The notes under the pieces were generated by a model. That model saw only the letters and a program-made list of their open reading frames with translations. It had not been told where the DNA came from and made no database searches. Made by a program: the position numbers and the translations under genes. Below are positions 17,446-25,229 of a stretch of DNA of 64,000 nucleotides, in pieces. Position 1 is the stretch's first letter; every line of letters starts with the position of its first letter. Source of the stretch: Candidatus Latescibacterota bacterium (GTDB lineage Bacteria > Latescibacterota > CBDEFO01); NCBI GenBank assembly GCA_965248755.1, contig OZ252149.1, positions 2,112,001 through 2,176,000 of the forward strand. Direction: 5' to 3'.

Positions 17446-19731
17446 ATGAAGAGTGTCTGGGCGGTGATGTTGATTCTGGGCCTGTCCCCGAATGACTCTA
17501 TCGGAGATCTGGCCTCTGCTGCTGCCGCCAACAATCACGGGAACCTGCTTGTAAACAGCGATTTCAGCCAGGGCAAACCGAGCCAGGAGAGTTTCGTCTG
17601 GAGAGTGGAGCTGGCTGAGGGAGAGAAGAACGAGTGCTCCGTTGTAGAAGGGCCTCGCCCGGGAACTAGCGCCGTACGCATTTACAATGACGAACGGAGT
17701 TCATCGGGCATCGACCAAAAGTTCGCTGTTCGGCCCTGGCGGTGGTATGTGGCCGAGGTGTGGGTTAAGAGCGACGGAATGTATCCGTCCGTTGTTGGCA
17801 TGTCTTTGCAAGGTGGCCGTAAGAGTGGTGGGTGGCGGTACTTCATGGATTTGTATCACAGGCCGAAATCCGGATGGCGGATGATACGGGCGTATGATCA
17901 CTCGGGGGACAGTGAGCAGCTGACATTATCGATAGGCGGTGGTGACTGGAGCGGCGAGCTGCTCTTAAGCGAACCGGTTGTACATGAAATAAGCCTAGTA
18001 GAAGCTGTTGGCTACCACCGGTTGCCGGGATACCATCGTAACCCGGCACGGTACGGTCCTTCCTCGGACCCTGCGAAGGGACAGTATGGGTACGCCCACC
18101 AGGAAGGTGATGTCAGCCGGGTAGCCCGCAACTTCCCGAACCCGTTCTATATCAGTGGCCGTATGGACGCCAATGCGCCTGAGGGGAGGATCTCGTTGTG
18201 GCTGCCGGCGGGCATTCGCTTCCTTAAGCTTCGACCTCATGGCGGAGGGAAGAGGCCCCCAAAGGTGACAGATCTATCGGGCGGTGTGGATGCCCGGAGC
18301 GGCATGTACCTCGAGCTGCATACGGGGCCTGGCGAGGGCCAGTTGCTGATCGAGTCCGACCTGGAGCCGGGCGAGCGGGCAATCGGTTACGTCTACTACG
18401 AGTGGAAGGGAGGCTATCAACTTCCGAGGCCAGTCGTGTTCGAAGGAGTGGTACTACCGAAGGTCACCGCGCCGAGACGAATCGTCACTGCACTTGATGT
18501 CTACCGGGCTGCTTACCTGAATTGGGAGAACTTCAAACCTGGCCTCGACGGGCGGGAGGCTATGGTCCGGGACATGAAGCGTTTGGGCTTCAACCGCTTA
18601 CAGCTATGGGGCGGGGATCCTCGACCCTACGCCAGCATGGGCCTGGAGGGCGCCTCCTCCTACGGAGGCAGCTTTTCCGTGGATGCGGAAAAATACCCTG
18701 AGTCAGTCGCTGTCGCATTGAATGGAGAACGTACGAAGGTGATGTGCCCGTCATATCGGGGTCCAGGTTTCAAGGCAAACCCATGGCTGGAGCGCCTGAG
18801 AGAAACTGCTAGCAGAACTTCCTCGGTGAATCTGGACGACGAGGTTTACCTGATGTCTGGCGTTGGCCCGGTCATCTGTTTCGACGACCGTTGTATTAAA
18901 CGTTGGAAAGAGTTGGTGAGCGAGCACAAGCCTGGCCTGGCCGGTATTCCCCCTAAGGAGTTCTTCAAGCGGGCGCACAAGTATCCGGAGCACTACGAGG
19001 CATGGTTGAGATTTCGCTGTGATCTGGTGGCCGAGCGGTTTGGCATACTGCGGCAGGTGTTCCATAAAGCAGTGGAGGAATCCGGTGTGAAGACGACGCC
19101 TGAGCCCGAGTTGGGGGCGTTCACAGGGGAGGAGATGTTGGTGGGTCTGTCTTCAATTGAGGCCTTGAGCGATGCTCTGGATTTTATTTCGCCCATGATC
19201 TATCTGGATGGGGACGGCGTGCGCAAAGAAGTTGCCAAGATTGCACCAATTAGTGGCGGGAAGCTGGTGGTCTGCCTGGCGCCGGGATATCTAGGCAGTC
19301 TGCCTGGCGATGTACGTTCCCAGGTACTTGAAACCGTGATGGGTGGTGCAAGGGGCTTTGTCGCCTGGAATTATGACATCAGGATGACTACCGGTCATCT
19401 GGTGGATATGGCTGAGGCGATCAAAATGTTTGCCCCCGTTGAGGACATCATTCTAGACGGAGAGCTTCAGACTGGATACGCCGCTGACACTGTATCAGCG
19501 AATCTGCTTGCAAGGAAACAGGGTGACGAAAGTGTGTTACTTGTCTCGGACTACTCACCTGGAGGCGCGCGGGTGAAGGTAACGGTACCTGGGCAGGACA
19601 GTCTGGAGGTGGTTGATCTTTTCACCTATGAGCCGGTGACTCGTTTGGATGCGAGCAAACGGACTTTTGAAGTCAAACTCAGACGTGACTTTCAAGCACG
19701 TCTCTACCACCTTCGGCCGGCAGGTAGCTGA
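17446..19731 (+). CDS. Secreted CBM-like plus putative glycoside hydrolase (family copy 3)
   Basis: GAGGAG RBS then ATG 17446 (or 17440); largely near-identical to 14789-17059. The ORF-track start at 17257 runs through repeats and is unlikely. Confidence 0.6.
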   Translation: MKSVWAVMLILGLSPNDSIGDLASAAAANNHGNLLVNSDFSQGKPSQESFVWRVELAEGEKNECSVVEGPRPGTSAVRIYNDERSSSGIDQKFAVRPWRWYVAEVWVKSDGMYPSVVGMSLQGGRKSGGWRYFMDLYHRPKSGWRMIRAYDHSGDSEQLTLSIGGGDWSGELLLSEPVVHEISLVEAVGYHRLPGYHRNPARYGPSSDPAKGQYGYAHQEGDVSRVARNFPNPFYISGRMDANAPEGRISLWLPAGIRFLKLRPHGGGKRPPKVTDLSGGVDARSGMYLELHTGPGEGQLLIESDLEPGERAIGYVYYEWKGGYQLPRPVVFEGVVLPKVTAPRRIVTALDVYRAAYLNWENFKPGLDGREAMVRDMKRLGFNRLQLWGGDPRPYASMGLEGASSYGGSFSVDAEKYPESVAVALNGERTKVMCPSYRGPGFKANPWLERLRETASRTSSVNLDDEVYLMSGVGPVICFDDRCIKRWKELVSEHKPGLAGIPPKEFFKRAHKYPEHYEAWLRFRCDLVAERFGILRQVFHKAVEESGVKTTPEPELGAFTGEEMLVGLSSIEALSDALDFISPMIYLDGDGVRKEVAKIAPISGGKLVVCLAPGYLGSLPGDVRSQVLETVMGGARGFVAWNYDIRMTTGHLVDMAEAIKMFAPVEDIILDGELQTGYAADTVSANLLARKQGDESVLLVSDYSPGGARVKVTVPGQDSLEVVDLFTYEPVTRLDASKRTFEVKLRRDFQARLYHLRPAGS
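17481..17507 (+). repeat. 27-bp palindromic element inserted in frame in a signal peptide
   Basis: CCTGTCCCCGAATGACTCTATCGGAGA in attctggg|tctggcc adds 9 codons (LSPNDSIGD). Confidence 0.85.
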
Positions 19732-19742
19732 TAGCATTTATT

Positions 19743-19937
19743 TTGGAGGAGAGCTCGTGGCCAAACCTTTCCGAAGCCGAACACGTCAGAGCATCCGGAT
19801 GGAAAGAACCTCAGCCGAGGCGCCACGTCTACGATGTGCGCCCGGACGCCATCGGCCTCGGCTACAATCTGATCGAAGTAAGCGTCAAGCACGATGTTAA
19901 GATCACGTGGGCAGGGATCTCGGCGCGACAGGTGTGA
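19743..19937 (+). pseudogene. Remnant of the GHL10-like gene 3' end
   Basis: EAEHVRASGWKEPQPRRHVYDVRPDAIGLGYNLIEVSVKHDVKITWAGIS matches the C-terminal ~55 aa of 13077-14660. Confidence 0.8.
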
Positions 19938-20014
19938 TGCTTCCGCCGGGAAGCGTCGATTGGCGGCCGATCTCTGCTATGGTCTCAGTTGTTGGTAATG
20001 GGCTTGTCCAAAGT

Positions 20015-20041
20015 CCTGTCCCCGAATGACTCTATCGGGGA
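20015..20041 (+). repeat. 27-bp palindromic element
   Basis: CCTGTCCCCGAATGACTCTATCGGGGA in the repeated leader. Confidence 0.85.
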
Positions 20042-20087
20042 ATGCATTTTCAGACGTAAGCGACATTCATGAAAGGAGAAAAAGGAG

Positions 20088-22406
20088 ATGACTATGAAGA
20101 GTGTCTGGATGGGGATGTTGATTCTGGGCCTGTCCCCGAATGACTTTATCGGGGATCTGGCCTGTGCTGCTGCCGCCGACAATGACGGGAACCTGCTTGT
20201 AAACAGCGATTTCAGCCAGGGCAAACCCAGCGACAGCGACTTCGGATGGAAGCTGGAGATAGCCAAGGACCAGAAGAGCGAGTGCACGGTGGAGACTGTC
20301 AGGCAGCCGGCAGAAGTTGTAGGCACCTCCTACAGACCGGTACTGCCAGGCCAGCGGCCGGGCGCTACAGCCATTCGCATCTACCACGACGAGTTGGGCG
20401 CCTCCCGCATCAGTCAGGAGATCGAGGTTCAGCCCTGGCGCTGGTACGTTGCCGAGATCTGGGTGAACACGGAGGGTATGGCCACCTTTGACTTCTCCCC
20501 CACCATCGCCCTGGAGGGCGGCCGCAGCATTGCCGGTGAGAGCTTTATCTACGATTCCTTCGACTGGCCCCAGAAAGGGTGGCGCCCTCTTCACGTGATC
20601 GCCCATTCGGCGGATCAGGATCGCATAACCCTGACGATGGGTGGGGGCGGGCACACAGTGCGAGTCGGCGGCGGATGGAGCGGGGAGCTGCTCTTTTCGG
20701 CGCCGTCGGTCCGTGAGGTCAGCCTCGTCGAGGCCGCTGGGTACTACCCGTCGGTTAGTAATCGCCACCCCTTCGCGTATAGTCCGCCCATCAACCCGGA
20801 GCGCAATGAGCACGGGTATGCCCTCCAGAAAGGAGATCTCTGCCGCGTGGCCAAAGGGTTCCCGAATCCCCTGTACATCACCGACGGGATGAATACGGAG
20901 GCGCCGGAGGGGCGAGTTTCGTTAGCCCTTCCGCCCGGCATGCGCTTCCGAAAGCACCAGAACAGAAAAATCACCCCGAGCGTCAGCCAGATGTCAAATG
21001 GATTCCAGCGCGTCGAGCTGCCGGCGGGAGGCAACAATTTGGTGGTCGACAGCGAACTCGCCCCCGGCGAGGACGCAGTGGGATACATCCAGTTCGAGTG
21101 GAAGGGCGGGTATCAGCTCCCGACTCCTGTGCGGTTCAAGGGCATCGCGATGCCGGATGTCGCCGCGCCCAAGCGCGCCATGATGACCCTCGGCATTGGC
21201 GGTGGGACGGTCTATAACTGGGACGACAACCAACCGGCCATGGTCCGTGACCTCAAGCGTTTCGGGTTCAACCACCTTGAGACGTGGGGCGGTGACCCTC
21301 GCGGGTTCTACAAGAACGGCATTTACGGCGTTACCGCCTGGGGCGGCGGACCTCGCGTCATGGAGAAGAACCCCGAGGCCCTGGCAGTCACGTTGGACGG
21401 GAATCCCACCAAGGAGGACCTGATATCCCCTTCATACCGGGGCCCCGCCTTGCAGCCCTTTATCGACCGTATCAAGCACACGGCCACGAGGTCGTCGGCC
21501 CTGACTCTCAACGACGAGAACTACCTCGCCTCGGCCAAGAGCGCCGCCATCGGTTTTCACCCCCGCACCATCGAGCGCTGGAAGGAGTGGGTAGCCGGGC
21601 ACGAGCCGGAGCTAACGGGCGTTGACCCCAGCGTGTTCGCCAGACGGCCGCACAAGTACCGCAAGCATTACGATGCATGGCTGCGATTCCGCTCTGACCT
21701 GGTGGCCGAAATGTACGGGATCATGCGGGATGTATTCCACAAGGCCGTCGAAGAGAGCGGCGTGAAGACGACGGAGCGGACGATGCTCGGAGCCTACATC
21801 GGGGGCGGGCCGCTCCACGGCCTGCACGCGAACAAATCACTAGCGCCCGTGCTGGACTACGTCGCGAACATGGTCTATGAGGACGGCTACGGCGTGCGCA
21901 AGACAGTCGCCCGGCTTGCACCGCTGACGGGTAAGAAGCTCGTGATCGCGATTTCCCCCGGGTACCAGTGGAGCCCGCCGGGCGACGCCCGGTCTCAGGT
22001 GCTCGAAGCCCTCATGGGCGGCTCGCAGGGCGTGATTGCCTGGGGATACTACATGGGAGCGACCACCGGTCACCTGGCGGATATGTCCGAGGCGATCAAG
22101 ATGTTTGCCCCCGTTGAGGACATCATTCTAGACGGCGGGATTCAGGCTGGATACGCCGCTGACACTGAATCGGCGAATCTGCTGGCAAGGAAACAGGGTG
22201 ACGAAACTGTGTTACTTGTCTCGGACTACACACCTGGAGGTGCGCGGGCTAAGGTAACGGTACCGGGGCAGGCCAGTCTGGAGGTGGTTGATCTTTTCAC
22301 CGATGAGGTCGTGGCTCGTCTGGATGCGAGAAAACGGACTTTTGACGTCAAACTCAGACGTGACTTTCAAGCACGTCTCTACCACCTGCGGCCGGCAGGC
22401 TTATAG
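20088..22406 (+). CDS. Secreted CBM-like plus putative glycoside hydrolase (family copy 4, chimeric)
   Basis: The leader and the last ~110 codons match copies 2 and 3, while the core is closer to copy 1; LTLNDE at the position of LDDE. Confidence 0.6.
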   Translation: MTMKSVWMGMLILGLSPNDFIGDLACAAAADNDGNLLVNSDFSQGKPSDSDFGWKLEIAKDQKSECTVETVRQPAEVVGTSYRPVLPGQRPGATAIRIYHDELGASRISQEIEVQPWRWYVAEIWVNTEGMATFDFSPTIALEGGRSIAGESFIYDSFDWPQKGWRPLHVIAHSADQDRITLTMGGGGHTVRVGGGWSGELLFSAPSVREVSLVEAAGYYPSVSNRHPFAYSPPINPERNEHGYALQKGDLCRVAKGFPNPLYITDGMNTEAPEGRVSLALPPGMRFRKHQNRKITPSVSQMSNGFQRVELPAGGNNLVVDSELAPGEDAVGYIQFEWKGGYQLPTPVRFKGIAMPDVAAPKRAMMTLGIGGGTVYNWDDNQPAMVRDLKRFGFNHLETWGGDPRGFYKNGIYGVTAWGGGPRVMEKNPEALAVTLDGNPTKEDLISPSYRGPALQPFIDRIKHTATRSSALTLNDENYLASAKSAAIGFHPRTIERWKEWVAGHEPELTGVDPSVFARRPHKYRKHYDAWLRFRSDLVAEMYGIMRDVFHKAVEESGVKTTERTMLGAYIGGGPLHGLHANKSLAPVLDYVANMVYEDGYGVRKTVARLAPLTGKKLVIAISPGYQWSPPGDARSQVLEALMGGSQGVIAWGYYMGATTGHLADMSEAIKMFAPVEDIILDGGIQAGYAADTESANLLARKQGDETVLLVSDYTPGGARAKVTVPGQASLEVVDLFTDEVVARLDARKRTFDVKLRRDFQARLYHLRPAGL
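20129..20155 (+). repeat. 27-bp palindromic element inserted in frame in a signal peptide
   Basis: CCTGTCCCCGAATGACTTTATCGGGGA adds LSPNDFIGD; the site is empty in 13077 and 14789. Confidence 0.85.
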
Positions 22407-22498
22407 TTTTGGGGATGAAATCTAGCGTACCGTGCGTGTATTTTCGTAGCCGGACTGTCCTGAGTCCGGAATTTTGGGCTGATTGAAGGGAGGTCTCT

Positions 22499-23133
22499 AT
22501 GAACATCGACGGGGCCGCGACGCTCGGGTTTTCGGCCTTCGACTTCGAAACGATGGTATCTTGAGACAGCTCGTGAATTGGACGTGACGGTCGTCACGTG
22601 GCCCACGGCTCGCCGCGCATTTGGCGATAAGTGGGCACGACAAATGCACCCGGCGTGCGAGACATACCGCGCCATCGCCAACATTGCGCAGCAGTTCGAC
22701 ATCAGCTTGCATCTGGAGGTGCCGCACCTCTTTCAGATAATTGAGACGGTCGAACATGTGTCGGAACTCTTCGACCAGATCGATCACCCGGCGGTGGGCG
22801 CGACTGTGGATTGCAGCCATTGGGGCATCATCGGCTAGGACCTGGATGCGTTTTTCCAAATGCTCGGGGCCCCGTCTGCGTCACGTGCACCTGCGTGACA
22901 GCACCGGCCCGGATACCAAGGATGGCAAACAGCAGCTCGAGAGGACTCCAGGACAGGGCGTCGTTGACTTCACGCATTTTCGAGAAGCGCTCCAACGAGC
23001 CGGCTATAATGGGAACGTCACGCTCGACTTCGAATACCGCGGCGCCGATCTGGAACAGATAAGAAACGAATACCGGGAAGGCTTGCGCGTGCTGAGTGAA
23101 CACGGTTGGGATTTCGATCCGCACGGACATTAA
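22499..23133 (+). pseudogene. Sugar phosphate isomerase/epimerase (xylose-isomerase-like TIM barrel) pseudogene
   Basis: GGAGG RBS and ATG 22499; LHLEVPH and VGATVDCSHW in one frame, RHVHLRD...PGQGVVDF...GYNGNVTLDFEY in another; broken by a stop and frameshifts. Confidence 0.8.
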
Positions 23134-23235
23134 CCAATACAGCAGGATAGCCGCTGATTCTCGCCGAGTCGGCGGCCACACTGGGGCTCGTGGGGATTCA
23201 CGAGTTCGAGGAGAAAACCTCGGGAGGGACGACAC

Positions 23236-24801
23236 ATGAGCTACCTGGACAGCGTCGCACTTGGGATTGGAAACTTCACGCAGCTGTTTCTGGATAACGC
23301 GATCGTGGAGGCTTCGCAGGAGCTGACCAAGACCTTCCATGAGCCGCGCAAGGAGGAATCGCGGAACCCGCTCCTGAAGAAGGACAGGCCGTGGGAGCAC
23401 GTTCCTTACTTTACGTGCAGCAACCACGTGGTGAGGAGAGACTCCCGCAGTGGCCTCTTCAAGTGCTGGTACGAGGATCTGATTGACCACAGCCATGAGC
23501 ACCCGAAGTGGCTGATCGCGGCGCGGCAGTGCTACGCCGAAAGTGAGGACGGCCTGGAGTGGACGAAGCCGCAACTGGACGTGGTCGAGGAGGACGGCCG
23601 CCGGACGAACATAGTTCTGGGGGGGAGCAATGGGCTCGAGCAAGTCCACTCGTGCAACGTGATCGAGGACCCCAATCCTATAGATGATTCGCAACGATAC
23701 CGGGCCCTCTTCTCCCACTACCCCCCGTACTCGGGGGAGATGCGGGCGGCGCACTCGCCGGACGGGATCCACTGGGAAGTCGAGGAAGACCTCCCGGTGT
23801 TCGGCAGCCTCGGCCAGAGGCTGGGAGATGTCTGCACTCTGCACTACGACCGGTTCAGCCGCAACTTCGTGGTCGTCACCCGTCACTGGTTACAATGCGC
23901 TCCCCCTCTGAATCCGCGGAACCCGGTGGGCCCGACGAATCCCGGGCCGCGGTACCCGCACGATTTCTCGAAGCAGAACCGGCGGCGTATCTGGCAGTCC
24001 GAGAGCCCGGATATGCTCCACTGGGGCGAGCCGTACCTGCTGCTCCGGCCGGACGATGAGGAGGACAATATCGATGACGGGTTCTACGGAATGACGCAGT
24101 ATGAGCTGGGAAACCTGTACGTGGGTTTCCTGAATGTCCTTCATAGGGTCGCCAACAAGATGGACGTGCAGCTCGTTTTCAGCCGGGACCGCAAGAGATG
24201 GCAGCGGCTCAACAAACGACAGCCCTGGCTGACCTTCGGCCAGCCGGACGCCTGGGACCAGGGGATGGTGACGATCTGCTCGCCGCCGATCGATGCGGGC
24301 GACGAACTGCTTATCTACTACGGGGGATGCTTCTGCCATCACGACTACTGGATGTGGGGACCGCGTGAGGGAATGAACCACCCCGAGATCGAGGATCCCG
24401 GGCTGGTTCGGTTCGGTCTCGGGGTGGCGCGCCTCCGGAAGGACGGGTTTGTCTCGTTCGACGCCGGGCCGGTGCGCGAAGGACTCCTCGTGACGAGGCC
24501 GTTACTGTCCGATGGGGAGGCGCTTGACATCAACGCTCGTTGCCGCAAGGACGGCTACATCAAGGTGGAGGTAGTCGACCATGGGGACGACCAACTTCCG
24601 GGGCGCGGCCGAGAGGACTGCGACGTCTTCACCGGTGACAGCACGTGTCACCGGGTTACCTGGGAGGGAGACGGCACGATTCCTGTCGCTCTCCCGGACT
24701 TCGGCGGGGATACAGTGTTCCCGTGGAAGAAGCAGAAGCCCTTTCGCAAACTCCGCTTCTTCATGAAGAACGCCGAACTCTACTCGTTCCGGATGGCGTA
24801 G
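23236..24801 (+). CDS. Five-bladed beta-propeller glycoside hydrolase-like protein (GH32/GH43-like)
   Basis: QLFLDN, NPLLKKDRPWE, FKCWYE, AESEDGLEWTKPQL, SPDGIHW and GLGVARLRKDGFVSF motifs; no signal peptide. Confidence 0.72.
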   Translation: MSYLDSVALGIGNFTQLFLDNAIVEASQELTKTFHEPRKEESRNPLLKKDRPWEHVPYFTCSNHVVRRDSRSGLFKCWYEDLIDHSHEHPKWLIAARQCYAESEDGLEWTKPQLDVVEEDGRRTNIVLGGSNGLEQVHSCNVIEDPNPIDDSQRYRALFSHYPPYSGEMRAAHSPDGIHWEVEEDLPVFGSLGQRLGDVCTLHYDRFSRNFVVVTRHWLQCAPPLNPRNPVGPTNPGPRYPHDFSKQNRRRIWQSESPDMLHWGEPYLLLRPDDEEDNIDDGFYGMTQYELGNLYVGFLNVLHRVANKMDVQLVFSRDRKRWQRLNKRQPWLTFGQPDAWDQGMVTICSPPIDAGDELLIYYGGCFCHHDYWMWGPREGMNHPEIEDPGLVRFGLGVARLRKDGFVSFDAGPVREGLLVTRPLLSDGEALDINARCRKDGYIKVEVVDHGDDQLPGRGREDCDVFTGDSTCHRVTWEGDGTIPVALPDFGGDTVFPWKKQKPFRKLRFFMKNAELYSFRMA

Positions 24802-24911
24802 TCACGGTATTCGTCCACCACAGGGCATCGGAATCAGGCTGATGATCGATGGGGCGACAGATCCAGATTCCAGTGAGTTCAACGTCGTCAGCCGGATGTA
24901 GGAGGCATGAG

Positions 24912-25127
24912 ATGAGAAGTCATGGAATTCCGGCGGCTACGCCGATCGCGGCTGTGTTGCTGGGGCCGTCGCTCGAAGACGAAGCGCGCGCCGAGGACCC
25001 GGAGGCACCGAGAGTCTCGTCGCTTTTGTCGCATCCCGATGCATACGTGCGTCTGGGCGCAACGTATGCCCTCACCTGCATGAAGCGTCCGCCAAGATGG
25101 CGATGCAAACGGCTACATGTCCGATAA
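24912..25127 (+). pseudogene. Internally deleted remnant of a paralog of the downstream HEAT-repeat lipoprotein
   Basis: APRVSSLLSHPDAYVRLGATYAL repeats the segment at about 27087-27160 (APRVSSLLSHTDAYVRLGATFTL) directly after a signal-like N-terminus. Confidence 0.65.
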
Positions 25128-25229
25128 TCGGGTGGACATTGGAATAAAGGGCCCTAATCTGGAAAAGAGAATTGGCCGGTCGCAGCATGCGGACAAAGCG
25201 GCTCTTAACTCGCCGGAAGGAGATGGAAT

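Noticed and set aside
12998..20155. CRISPR array formed by the 27-bp palindromes
   Set aside because: Spacing is irregular (about 80 bp to several kb), intervening sequences are homologous leaders rather than unique spacers, and there are no cas genes.
12707..22406. Integron cassette array
   Set aside because: No integron integrase and no attC-like structure recognised; the repeats are gene remnants plus leaders.
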